Below, one piece after another: positions 43,693-53,215 of a stretch of 64,000 bases of DNA. The stretch is taken from assembly GCA_964202905.1 (NCBI GenBank), contig CAXNJO010000011.1, forward strand, positions 32,001 through 96,000, given 5' to 3'. This DNA is from Polyangiales bacterium (GTDB lineage: Bacteria > Myxococcota_A > Polyangia > Polyangiales > JADJQN01). Both the position numbers and the translations under genes were made by a program. Each line of letters begins with the position of its first letter. Within the stretch, counting starts at the first letter, position 1. The notes under the pieces were generated by a model that worked only from the letters and a program-made list of their open reading frames with translations, made no database searches and was not told the origin of the DNA.

Positions 43693-45180
43693 ATGCGCGA
43701 TTCGTGGACCGCGGCCAAGGTCGGCCTGCTCGTCGTCGGCGCGCTGGTCGCGAGCTGGCTGGTCTACCGCGCGGTCGACGAGCGCGGTGGCAGCGGTGGC
43801 GGCTACACGGTGTGGGCCGTCTTCGGCGACGCGTCCGGCCTCGTCCCGAAATCCCGCGTGCTCGTCGCGGGCATTCAGGTCGGCTACATCGAGCGCATCC
43901 GCCTCTGGGGCGCGCAGGCGCGCATCGACATCCACGTGCGCGAAGGCGTCGCGCTCCACGACGACGCCCGCGTCGCCAAGCGCACCGCGTCGATCCTCGG
44001 CGAGGCCGTGCTCGCCATCGACCCCGGCTCGCCCACGCGCCCGCAGGTCGCGGATGGCGCGCGGATCGGGACCGCGCAGGAGACGCCGGGCACCGACGCG
44101 ATCCTCGCGAACGTCGCGCGGATCAGCGACGCGGTGCTCGCCGTGACCTTGCAGATGCAGCGCACCTTCGGCACCGACGAGGGCGGCCGGCGGATGAGCG
44201 AGGCGCTCGCGAACCTCTCCTCCGCGCTTGCCGCGATCAACGAGACCATCCGCCAGAACCAGGAGGTCATCGCGCACGCGATCCGCGGCGTCGACGGCAT
44301 CGTGAGCGAGACCGCGCCGCAGCTCGCGCGCATCCTCGAGAACGTCGAGCGCTCGACCGTCCAGATCCACGAGCTGCTCGCCGACAACCGCGGCGAGGTC
44401 GACGAGACGGTCGGCGGCCTCGCCGACACGATGCAGAGCGTGCAGCGCTCCGCGACGGAACTCGAGGGCGTGCTCGCCGACGTCCGCGACGTGACGGGCC
44501 GCACGGCGCGCGGGGAGGGCGCGATCGGGCGGCTGACGAGCGACGAGACGCTGATCGACGAGGTCCAGGGCGTCGCCGAAGGCCTCGGCGACATCGTCGG
44601 CGGCGTGTCGCGCCTGCAGACGATCGTGCAGCTCCGCGCCGACTACAATTTCCTCGCGAACACCATGAAGAGTTACGTGCAGCTGCGCCTGCAGCCGCGC
44701 GAAGATCGCTACTACTACATCGAGCTCATCAACGATCCGCGCGGCCTCACGACCTACGAGCAGAGCGAGATCATCCGCAGCCCGCCCGCGGACGGCGAGC
44801 CTGCCGTCCAGCAGGTCAACACCGTCACGACGCGCGACGCGTTCCGCTTCTCGCTCGGTCTCGCCAAGCGGATCGAGTTCGCGACGTTCCGATTCGGCGT
44901 GATCGAGTCGACCGGTGGCGTCGGCCTCGACCTGCACTTCATCGACGACGACCTCGAGGTGACGACGGATGTGTTCGGGTTCGGCGAGCGCGCCTACCCG
45001 CGGATGCGCACGAACCTCGCCTTCCAGATCGTGTCGCGCCTCTGGATCCTCGGCGGCGTCGACGACTACCTCAACTCGAGCCGCGACTTCTATCTCGGCG
45101 CCGCGCTGCGCTTCAACGACGAGGACCTCATCGCGATCCTCGCGGCCGGCGGCGGATCACTCGCGGGCGCGGGGAACTGA
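43693..45180 (+). CDS. mlaD: MlaD/MCE-family protein with a long helical region and C-terminal beta-rich domain
   Basis: N-terminal TM, MCE motifs FGDASGL, VLVAGIQVG and SILGE..LAIDPG, heptad-like helical middle, alternating beta-strand C-terminus. Confidence 0.85.
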   Translation: MRDSWTAAKVGLLVVGALVASWLVYRAVDERGGSGGGYTVWAVFGDASGLVPKSRVLVAGIQVGYIERIRLWGAQARIDIHVREGVALHDDARVAKRTASILGEAVLAIDPGSPTRPQVADGARIGTAQETPGTDAILANVARISDAVLAVTLQMQRTFGTDEGGRRMSEALANLSSALAAINETIRQNQEVIAHAIRGVDGIVSETAPQLARILENVERSTVQIHELLADNRGEVDETVGGLADTMQSVQRSATELEGVLADVRDVTGRTARGEGAIGRLTSDETLIDEVQGVAEGLGDIVGGVSRLQTIVQLRADYNFLANTMKSYVQLRLQPREDRYYYIELINDPRGLTTYEQSEIIRSPPADGEPAVQQVNTVTTRDAFRFSLGLAKRIEFATFRFGVIESTGGVGLDLHFIDDDLEVTTDVFGFGERAYPRMRTNLAFQIVSRLWILGGVDDYLNSSRDFYLGAALRFNDEDLIAILAAGGGSLAGAGN

Positions 45181-45188
45181 GCGGCGCG

Positions 45189-46082
45189 GTGGCGGTCCCC
45201 GGCGAGGAGCCCGTGCGCAGAGCGGCCGCGGCGGTGGTGAGCACCGCGAGCCAGGTGGCGGCCTCCGCGCGGCGCGACGTCGCGGCCCCCGTGGGACGCA
45301 GCGTGATCGGTTTCTGGCGCGGGCTGACCTACCCCTTCCGCGGCGCGCGCTTCGTGTACCTGCAGCGGCCAGGGCTCGTGCGGTATTGGGGCGCGCCGGT
45401 GCTCCTCACGCTGCTCGCGGCGGCGGGGATCGTGTGGGGCGCCGTCGCCGCGCGCGACGCGATCGTCGAGGCGGTGTGGGCGGCGCCCGCGGGCGAAGGC
45501 TTCTGGGCCGATGCGCTGCGGGTGCTGCACGCCGCGCTCGAGTGGCTCGTCGCCCTCGGGCTCGCGCTCGGCGGCCTCGTCGTGCTGAGCCTCGCGACGA
45601 GCCTCATCGCCGCGCCCTTCAACGACGCGCTCAGCGAGGCCGTCGAGGAGCACGTGACGGGGACGCCTGGCGCCCCGCTTTCCCTCGAGGTCCTCGTGCG
45701 CGACGCCATCCGCACGGTGCTGCTCGAACTCACGAAGCTCGCGCTCTACGCGGCCGTGATGGGGCCGCTCTTCGTCGCCTCGCTCTTCGTCCCCGTGCTC
45801 GGGCAGGCCGTCTACGCGGTGCTCGGCTTCGCGTTCACGGCCCTCTATTTCAGCGTCGACTACATCGACTGGCCCGCGTCGCGCCGCAACCGCGGGCTGC
45901 GTGCCCGCGCCGCCGTCGTGCGGCGGCATTTCTGGCCGATGTTCGGGTTCGGGACCGGGGTGTGGCTCTTTCTCTTCGTGCCCTTCGTGAACCTGCTCTT
46001 CATGCCCGCCGCGGTCGCGGGCGGGACGCTGCTCTTTCTCGACCTCGAGCGCGCGGCGACGGTCGCCGACGAGCCCGTGTGA
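45189..46082 (+). CDS. EI24/CysZ-like membrane protein
   Basis: IAAPFNDALSEAVE, DYIDWPASRR and VPFVNLLFMPAAVAGGT, with several TMs. Confidence 0.82.
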   Translation: MAVPGEEPVRRAAAAVVSTASQVAASARRDVAAPVGRSVIGFWRGLTYPFRGARFVYLQRPGLVRYWGAPVLLTLLAAAGIVWGAVAARDAIVEAVWAAPAGEGFWADALRVLHAALEWLVALGLALGGLVVLSLATSLIAAPFNDALSEAVEEHVTGTPGAPLSLEVLVRDAIRTVLLELTKLALYAAVMGPLFVASLFVPVLGQAVYAVLGFAFTALYFSVDYIDWPASRRNRGLRARAAVVRRHFWPMFGFGTGVWLFLFVPFVNLLFMPAAVAGGTLLFLDLERAATVADEPV

Positions 46083-46166
46083 ATCCCCGCGCGTTGCCCC
46101 CCGTCCGACGCCGCGGCACGTGCCGGAGCACCGTGTGATAAGGTCGCGCGCACACTGGAGGATGGG

Positions 46167-47150
46167 ATGAAGAAGGCCGTCGTCGTCGCCATGGTCGCGA
46201 GTCTCGTTGTGCTCGCTCTCGCCGGGGAGGCCGCCGCACAGCGGCGCCGTGGGCCGCGTGGGCGCCGCGCCGCCGCCGCTGCACCCGCGGCACCTCCAGA
46301 GGCCCCGATGAGCGAGGCCATCTCGCCCGCCATGGGTGATCTGCGTTGGGGCATGACCCGCGCCGAGGTGCTCAATTTCTTCCAGGGTCAGATCCGCGAG
46401 GCCTACCGTCCGCGCCTCGCGAAGGCGACGGGCGCCATCGAGGAAGACCGCCTCCGCGCCGAGATGGGCGACGAAATCCGCCGACTGCGCGAGAGCGAGG
46501 TCTGCTTCCGCGGGAACCGCACGGGCTGGGATGCCTCGTTCATCCGCGACGAATTCACGCACAACAACAGCGAATGCCTGCTCGTGAAGAACGACGGCAA
46601 CAGCCAGAACTTCTACTTCTTCATCAACGCGAAACTCTGGAAGTGGTACAAGGCCTTCAACGCTGAGGTCTTCCAGGGGCAGGACTTCGCGCAGTTCAGC
46701 CAAGCGCTGCAGACGCGCTACGGCGCCGCGCGCCAGGCGAGCGGCGAGCTCGTCGCGGGCAGCGGGTCGCGCCAGTGGCTCGAGTGGCAGGACGTGGCGA
46801 CGCGCCTCCGCGCCGTCGACCAGACGCGCTTCTACGGCTTCTTCTGCCTCGTCTTCGAAGAGAAGGCGACGCTCGGCAACCTCGCGACGCTCCGCCGCAA
46901 CGCGCAGCCGGCGCGCGACGGGCGTCACGCCCTCGTCGACGCCGTGACCTCGGGGGAGGGTGAGTCCGCCGCCTCGAATTCCAACGCCGACATCGTCGAT
47001 CGCATCACCGGCAACATCCGCAACCGGCAGGATGCGCCCGCCCCCGCTGCGAATGGACGCAACGGCGCGCGCCCCGCGGGCACGCCGCCTGCGCCCGCCC
47101 CCGCGCGCCCCGCGGCGGGCGCCGATCCGCTCGGTGGCATGGACCTCTGA
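46167..47150 (+). CDS. Hypothetical exported protein
   Basis: GGAGG RBS, signal peptide ending AAAQ, globular middle, C-terminal DPLGGMDL. Confidence 0.75.
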   Translation: MKKAVVVAMVASLVVLALAGEAAAQRRRGPRGRRAAAAAPAAPPEAPMSEAISPAMGDLRWGMTRAEVLNFFQGQIREAYRPRLAKATGAIEEDRLRAEMGDEIRRLRESEVCFRGNRTGWDASFIRDEFTHNNSECLLVKNDGNSQNFYFFINAKLWKWYKAFNAEVFQGQDFAQFSQALQTRYGAARQASGELVAGSGSRQWLEWQDVATRLRAVDQTRFYGFFCLVFEEKATLGNLATLRRNAQPARDGRHALVDAVTSGEGESAASNSNADIVDRITGNIRNRQDAPAPAANGRNGARPAGTPPAPAPARPAAGADPLGGMDL

Positions 47151-47177
47151 GCGCCGCGCGTCGCGCGGGCTCCCCGT

Positions 47178-47438
47178 TCAAGGGGCCCGCTCGACCCGGA
47201 GCACGAGCCCCGCCACGACCGTGCGCAGAAGCGGCGTGAGCACGTGCGCCGTGGTGACGCCTGAGCCCGGGCAGCCCGCGCAGGCCGCCGTCAACCGCAC
47301 GACGACTTCGGCACCGTGCACCGAGACGAGGTCTACGCCGCCACCGTCGCGCGCGAGGAGGGGGCGCGCGACCTCGCGCAGCAGGGCCTCGATCGCGGCG
47401 GAAGTGGCGTCGTCGTCGCGCAGCGGGGCGTCGGGCAC
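47178..47438 (-). CDS. NifU C-terminal (Nfu-type) Fe-S carrier domain protein
   Basis: RPLLARDGGGVDLV...RLTAACAGCPGS. Confidence 0.85.
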   Translation of the reverse strand: MPDAPLRDDDATSAAIEALLREVARPLLARDGGGVDLVSVHGAEVVVRLTAACAGCPGSGVTTAHVLTPLLRTVVAGLVLRVERAP

Positions 47439-47609
47439 GCGCCGACGCTAGCACGGGCCCACCCGCGCGGGGAGGCCGCGCGCATCGGCAAGCAGTCGGT
47501 CGGCGCAAGACACCTCGCACGCAGGCCCACGGCGCTCGGGATGCGCCCGTTTGACGGCGCGGCGCACCGGTCGCTATGCTGCGCAACTCGCCCGCGCTCT
47601 GGAGGGACA

Positions 47610-48476
47610 TTGGCTCGCTACCGTCTGCGCTTTCTCCTTCAGGAGTTCGACCTCGTCGGCCCGGAGATCCTCATCGGCCGCAGCCCCGACTGCCACATCA
47701 CGATCGAGGACCCGCTCGTGTCGCGCGAGCACACGCGCATCCGCGTGTCCGACGCGGGCGAGGTGAGCGTGGTCGACCTCGGCAGCCGCAACGGCGTCCG
47801 CGTCAACGGTCGCCCCGTGCCGTCGCGGGGCGAGCAGCGGCTGATGGATGGCGACCGAATCCGGCTCGGCACGCAGGAGCTCGTCTTCACCGTGGTCCAG
47901 GGGCGCGAGGCCCCCGCGCGGCCGACGGGCTTCATGCGCATGTGTGCCGCGTGCAACACGCCCTATCCCGAGGGCGCCATGGTCTGTCCGCACTGCGGTG
48001 CGGCGACCTCCGACGACGAAGACACGATGAGCGGCATCGCCGTCGAGCCGCGCCGGAGCTGGACCTTCCACCTCCTCGGTGAGGTGATCGAGCGCGCGCT
48101 CGCGACGCGCCGTGCGGTCGAGGCCGATCGACTCCTCCGCCGTGCAGCCCGCGAGGTCGACGAACGCCTCGCCGCGGGCGACCAAATCGACACGGTCCAC
48201 GTCACCCTGATCGCGGGCTTCGCCGTGCGTCTTGCCGCAATCGCCAGCAACAGCGAATGGCTCGCGTGGACGCTCACGCTGCACACGCGCCAGTCGCTCA
48301 TGGTGTCGGCGCCCGTGCTCGATGCGCTCGAGCAGCTGGACGTCGAAGCGTTTCCGGAGCTCGCGCGCATCGTCGGCGGCTACTGCTCCTGGTACCGCCA
48401 GCACGCCACGAACCCCGACGCCGAGAGCCTCGCGAACCTCGCCCGCCTCGACCTCTTCGCGGCCCGCGGCGCCTGA
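47610..48476 (+). CDS. FHA domain + zinc-ribbon protein (paralog A)
   Basis: GGAGG then TTG start. IGRSPDC, VSREH, DLGSRNG, and CAAC...CPHC. Confidence 0.85.
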   Translation: MARYRLRFLLQEFDLVGPEILIGRSPDCHITIEDPLVSREHTRIRVSDAGEVSVVDLGSRNGVRVNGRPVPSRGEQRLMDGDRIRLGTQELVFTVVQGREAPARPTGFMRMCAACNTPYPEGAMVCPHCGAATSDDEDTMSGIAVEPRRSWTFHLLGEVIERALATRRAVEADRLLRRAAREVDERLAAGDQIDTVHVTLIAGFAVRLAAIASNSEWLAWTLTLHTRQSLMVSAPVLDALEQLDVEAFPELARIVGGYCSWYRQHATNPDAESLANLARLDLFAARGA

Positions 48477-48586
48477 GCCACTGCGGTCGTCCCGCGGCGC
48501 AGGGCACCCGTGACGGGGTGGCGCGCGCTTCCCTTGACGCCGCGGCCCGCGTCGCGTGGGTCATGTCGGGGCACGCCCGGGCGTGA

Positions 48587-49489
48587 TCAGGCGCCGACGA
48601 CGCGTTCGAGGCCGACGAGGCGCTGGAGCAGGAACTTCTCGCGCGCGTTGAAGAGGTCGGACTTCGCCTGCATGGCGGCGACGTACTCCGTGAGCGCTCG
48701 GCTGCCCGGGTGTTTCACCTTCCGCACGAGCGCGTAGAGCATGTCGATCGTCTCGGCGTGCAGGAGCGCACCGGTCGCGGTGTGGAGCTGGAACACCCAA
48801 TCCACCCAGCGCGGCTTGGCCGTCAGTTCGGCGAGGCGGAGCGCGTAGCCGACGGCCTCGTCGGCGCTCGGGGGCGTGCGCCCGGGCGCGGCCTGCGCGC
48901 GTTGCAGCAAGTCCTGGAGCTGCGCGGAGAGGATGCGCTCCGCATCCTCGGGGCGCCCGAGCGCGAGGGCCTTCTCCGCGATGCCCGCGAGCAGGCGGAA
49001 GGGCGAGGCGGGCGCAGTGTCCAGGAGGGAGGCCTCGGGGGGGGACGCGACCGGCGGGAGCGGGACGTCGAGCGTCGGCTGCACCGCGGGATCGACGCCC
49101 ACGGGGTGACCGCAATGCGCGCAGCGCGGCTCGCCCGGTGTGATGGGGAGGTGGCAACTCCTGCACACGATCATCACGCTGGTCGGGCGCTTGTCGCGAT
49201 CGCGGTGCCCGACCTCGAGGAGGACGAGTTCCTGCGAGCCGACGTGGATCGCGTCGAGGTGCTCCAGCGCGACCGCGCCCATGACGCGCTCCCCGTTGAC
49301 GACGATACCGTTGCGGCTGCCGAGGTCCTCGGCGACGACCGCGCTCGCGGAGACGCGGAGCCGAGCGTGCCGGCGCGAGACGAGCGGATCGTCGACGGCG
49401 AGGCTGCACTCGGAGCTGCGGCCGATGACGAAGTCACCCGGCGGCAGCTCGAGATCCGTCGACCGATACCGCAGCCGAAAGCGCGCCAA
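48587..49489 (-). CDS. FHA domain + zinc-ribbon protein (paralog B)
   Basis: TTG start. IGRSSEC, VSRRH, DLGSRNG, and CRSC...CAHC. Confidence 0.85.
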   Translation of the reverse strand: MARFRLRYRSTDLELPPGDFVIGRSSECSLAVDDPLVSRRHARLRVSASAVVAEDLGSRNGIVVNGERVMGAVALEHLDAIHVGSQELVLLEVGHRDRDKRPTSVMIVCRSCHLPITPGEPRCAHCGHPVGVDPAVQPTLDVPLPPVASPPEASLLDTAPASPFRLLAGIAEKALALGRPEDAERILSAQLQDLLQRAQAAPGRTPPSADEAVGYALRLAELTAKPRWVDWVFQLHTATGALLHAETIDMLYALVRKVKHPGSRALTEYVAAMQAKSDLFNAREKFLLQRLVGLERVVGA

Positions 49490-49567
49490 AGCGGGCGCAC
49501 GCTATCACAAAAGACAACGGCGGCACCATCGCTGGCGCCGCCGCAGGCTGGATGACTGAATCGTGAT

Positions 49568-50815
49568 TCAGTTGGAGAGAGCCGCGATCTGGCCGAGCTC
49601 CGTCTCGAGGCGCCCCTGCACTTCGATGGTCTTGTCGAGGAGCGCCTTCAGCTCGGTGAGGCTCGCGCGGTACTGACCGAAGGAGTTCGCCTGCTGGCCG
49701 AGCACGTTGATGCTCGACTGGCCCTCGACGAGGACGACGTACTGGCTCGGCTCGTCCTCGAGGGACTGCCCCGTGTAGATCTTCTTCGTGGCCGCCGCGC
49801 CGCCGCGGTTCGCGCGGACGCTCGCCTCGGTGCGGGGCTGGGGCTGCTCACCCGCCGGGGGGGCTGGAGGCGGATCGACGAACACGAGCGTGCCGACGAG
49901 GGCACCCTCGATGCTGCGCGGGACGAGGCCGTACTGCGTCGACGCGAGCTCGCCCGCCGCTTGCGCCGCGTTGGTCAGCTCGGTGCGCGCGCCCTGGTTG
50001 AGCGTGCGCGCCGAGACCGAGGCGAACTTCTCCCAGAGAAGATTGACGTTGTTGTAGTACTCGAAGAGCGCGTCGACGGTGCCCGGCTGGAAGGCGCCGT
50101 ACTTGCGGCGCGCGAACACGCCGGCCTCGAACGGCTTCTTCAGGCCGCGCAGCTGCTCGACGCTCGCGAAGTCGACGGTGGGCGGGTTGGCGCTCGCCTT
50201 GGCGAGGGCCGTGGTCACGAGCCGCTTCGACTGGTTCACCACGTCGGACGCGGTGTGCACCGAGGCGTAGATCTCCTTGCCGTCGGCGATGACCTGCCCG
50301 CGCAGCCGGTTCTGCTCGACGACGTTGCCCGTGCCGAAGCCGAGCGCGCCGCCGAGCAGGATGCCGAGCGCGAGCACGATGAAGACGCGCCCACGCTGCT
50401 TGCGGCCGATCTCGGCGTCGTCGACGGGCTTCTCGTCGATGACGAGGCGCACCTCGCGCGGGCCCTCGGAATACGAGGGCATGGGCGCGAACGGATCCGC
50501 CGGGCGTGGTGCTGGGGCGGGCGCCGCGGGGGCCGCCGGGGCGGCTGCGGGCTGCATGAAGGGGGGCGGCGCGACCGACGCGAGGCCCGGGGGGGCGCCG
50601 AACATCGGAGGCGGGGTGACCGAGGCTGCGGGCTGCTGCCGCACGTCCGCCGTGGGCGCGAACGAAGGCGGCGGCGCGATGCCCTCGCCGGGTGCACCCT
50701 CACCGCCGAACGCGGGGGCAGGGACCCCCTTCTGCGTCGTCGGGACGATCGTGCGCCCGAGGCGGGCCTTCAGGTCTTTGATGTCTTTCGGCTTCTTCGG
50801 CGGGTCGGCAGACAT
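49568..50815 (-). CDS. Hypothetical bitopic membrane protein
   Basis: Basic N-terminal helix, Pro-rich linker, single TM (VFIVLALGILLGGALG), helical/beta C-terminal domain. Confidence 0.75.
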   Translation of the reverse strand: MSADPPKKPKDIKDLKARLGRTIVPTTQKGVPAPAFGGEGAPGEGIAPPPSFAPTADVRQQPAASVTPPPMFGAPPGLASVAPPPFMQPAAAPAAPAAPAPAPRPADPFAPMPSYSEGPREVRLVIDEKPVDDAEIGRKQRGRVFIVLALGILLGGALGFGTGNVVEQNRLRGQVIADGKEIYASVHTASDVVNQSKRLVTTALAKASANPPTVDFASVEQLRGLKKPFEAGVFARRKYGAFQPGTVDALFEYYNNVNLLWEKFASVSARTLNQGARTELTNAAQAAGELASTQYGLVPRSIEGALVGTLVFVDPPPAPPAGEQPQPRTEASVRANRGGAAATKKIYTGQSLEDEPSQYVVLVEGQSSINVLGQQANSFGQYRASLTELKALLDKTIEVQGRLETELGQIAALSN

Positions 50816-50941
50816 GAGTGGGGCGCAACGTATCCGCGCATGCGGGGCGCTGTCAACGCCGTCGAGGCGCGTGCGGCGCTTCTCGTGACGCCGCGCCGCG
50901 CGCGTTGCGGCAGGTGCGCGCGGCCCCTAGATTCGCCGCGC

Positions 50942-51835
50942 ATGAAGCCTGTCCGTGTCGAGGAGCGCCGCGTCCCATCGTTCGACGGCACCGAGGTCGC
51001 TTACCACGTCACCGGGGAGGGACCGCCGGTGCTGCTCGCCAACGGGCTCGGCGGCAGCTGGAAGGCGTGGAAACACCAGCTCGCCCATCTCGGGGATCGC
51101 TACCGCTTCGTCAGCTGGGATTACCGGGGGCTCTACCGCTCCGGGCCGCCCGGCGATCGCGACGCGCTCGGCATCGACGCGCAGGTGCGCGACGCGCTCG
51201 CGGTGCTCGACGCCGAGGGCATCGAGCGCACCGCGGTGCTCGGCTGGTCGATGGGCGTGCAGGTCGCGCTCGAGCTGTTCCGCGTCGCGCCGGAGCGCGT
51301 CTCGACGCTCGTGCTCGTGAACGGCGTCGCCGGGCGCCCCTGGGAGACGGTGCTCGACGTCGGCGCGATGCGGCACGTCGTGCCGCGTGCGCTCAGCGCG
51401 GCGCGCGCGGTGCCGGGGCTCGTCGGAGCGGTCACGCGGCGGGTCACCTCGTGGCCCGAGACCGTGGGCTGGGCCAAGCGGCTCGGGCTCGCCGGGCGCA
51501 CGCTCGACGAGGAGTTGTGGGCGGACCTCGCGGGATCGTTCCAGGACCTCGACATGGACGTGTACGTCCGCACGCTCGAGAAGCTCGGTCAGCACGACGC
51601 CTGGCCGACGCTCGCGCACGTCGACGTGCCGACGCTTGTGATCACCGGCGATCGCGACCTCTTCACGCCGCGCAGCGCGGCCGAGCGCATGGTCGCCGCG
51701 ATCCGCGGCGCGGAGCTGCTCGTGGTCCCCGGCGGGACGCACTACGTCGCGGTCGAGTACCCCGAATTGGTGAGCCTGCGCGTCGAGAAGTTCTTCCGCG
51801 AGCGCGGCTGGCCGCCCGCGTCGAGCGCTCCGTGA
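50942..51835 (+). CDS. Alpha/beta fold hydrolase
   Basis: LANGLGG, WDYRG, nucleophile GWSMG, GDRD and GTH. Confidence 0.9.
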   Translation: MKPVRVEERRVPSFDGTEVAYHVTGEGPPVLLANGLGGSWKAWKHQLAHLGDRYRFVSWDYRGLYRSGPPGDRDALGIDAQVRDALAVLDAEGIERTAVLGWSMGVQVALELFRVAPERVSTLVLVNGVAGRPWETVLDVGAMRHVVPRALSAARAVPGLVGAVTRRVTSWPETVGWAKRLGLAGRTLDEELWADLAGSFQDLDMDVYVRTLEKLGQHDAWPTLAHVDVPTLVITGDRDLFTPRSAAERMVAAIRGAELLVVPGGTHYVAVEYPELVSLRVEKFFRERGWPPASSAP

Positions 51836-52392
51836 GTCCCGCGCGCGTCCCCTCGCGCGGGCCGGTCCGCGCATGGCGTGACGTGATCGTGGCGCTCGCC
51901 GTGGCGCTCGTGGGCGTCGCGGCGTGCGGTCCGCAGGCGCCGACGCCGACCGATCCGCGCGCGCTCCGCAGCGACGGCGAGGCGCTCACGCGGCTGCTGG
52001 CGAGCGACCCGGCGCAGCCCGTCCTCACCGAGATCGACGGCATGATCGAAGACCGCGTCCCGGTGCGGGCCGCCGAGACGGTCCGCGGCGCCGCGCTCCC
52101 GGCCGTGCGGCGGCAGCGCGAGCGGCTCGGCGGCGCGAGCTTGCGGACGGCGGAGGGGAGGGCGCTTCAGGAGCGCGCGGTGCGCGCGTGTCGTCGCCGC
52201 GGCGAAGCGCTCGAGTCGTACGCGGCCGCCCTCGCGCGCGGGGAGGTCGAGGACGACGGGCTCCTCGAGGCCGTGCGCGCCCACCGCGCCGCGGAGGCTG
52301 AGGTGCTCGCCGTGTTCGACGCCGCGCGCGCGCTCGCGCAGCCGGAGCAGGCCGCGCAGGTCGAGGGGGCGCCCGCGCCGCGGAGGCCCTAG
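51832..52392 (+). CDS. Hypothetical helical lipoprotein
   Basis: GTGA overlap with the upstream gene; lipobox VAAC. Confidence 0.6.
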   Translation: MSPARVPSRGPVRAWRDVIVALAVALVGVAACGPQAPTPTDPRALRSDGEALTRLLASDPAQPVLTEIDGMIEDRVPVRAAETVRGAALPAVRRQRERLGGASLRTAEGRALQERAVRACRRRGEALESYAAALARGEVEDDGLLEAVRAHRAAEAEVLAVFDAARALAQPEQAAQVEGAPAPRRP

Positions 52393-52423
52393 GGCGCCGC
52401 GCAGCGCCTCGGCCGGGACACGC

Positions 52424-53023
52424 ATGATCGTCGTCGTCGACAACTACGACTCGTTCACGTGGAACCTCGTGCAGTACCTCGGCGAGCTCGGGGCGAACGT
52501 GGTCGTGCACCGCAACGACGCGCTGGGCGTGGATGCGCTCGCCGCGCTCGAGCCCGAGGGCGTGCTCCTCTCGCCGGGGCCGGGCGCGCCCGATGGCGCG
52601 GGCATCACGCTGCCGGTCATCCGCGCGCTCGCGGGGCGTGTGCCGCTCTTCGGCGTGTGCCTCGGTCAGCAGGCGATCGGGCAGGCGTTCGGCGGTGCGG
52701 TCGTGCGCGCGCGGGAGCCGATGCACGGCCGCACCTCGGCCATCCACCACGCAGGGCGGGGGGTCTTCGCGGGGCTGCCCTCGCCCTTCACGGCGATGCG
52801 GTACCACTCGCTGCTGGTCGATCGCGCGACGCTCCCAGAGACTCTGGAAATCACGGCATGGACGGAAGATGGGGAAATCATGGGGCTGCGTCATCGCACG
52901 CTCGCGATCGAGGGCGTGCAGTTCCATCCCGAGTCGTTCCTCACCGAGCACGGGCACGCGCTGCTGCGCGGCTTCGTCGAGGCGCTCCCCGAGCGCGGCC
53001 GTCGCCCGGAGACCAGGGGTTGA
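52424..53023 (+). CDS. trpG: Anthranilate/aminodeoxychorismate synthase component II (TrpG/PabA glutamine amidotransferase)
   Basis: DNYDSFT, SPGPG, GVCLG, RYHSL and QFHPES. TrpG versus PabA cannot be resolved from sequence. Confidence 0.93.
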   Translation: MIVVVDNYDSFTWNLVQYLGELGANVVVHRNDALGVDALAALEPEGVLLSPGPGAPDGAGITLPVIRALAGRVPLFGVCLGQQAIGQAFGGAVVRAREPMHGRTSAIHHAGRGVFAGLPSPFTAMRYHSLLVDRATLPETLEITAWTEDGEIMGLRHRTLAIEGVQFHPESFLTEHGHALLRGFVEALPERGRRPETRG

Positions 53024-53215
53024 GGCGGCCGGCGAACACGGACGACTTCGCGCATCGACTCCCGAGCCGTGCGTGCGAAGCTCGTCACCTCGCGCGCCCC
53101 ACCCGGGCGCGGAGGAGCGGGCGCATGGGCCGATCGGCCATGGGAGCGAGCGGATGAGCGGGGCGTTCGAGGGGCTGCACGGCGCGGGCGCGGCGCTCGC
53201 CGACACGGAGGGCAC

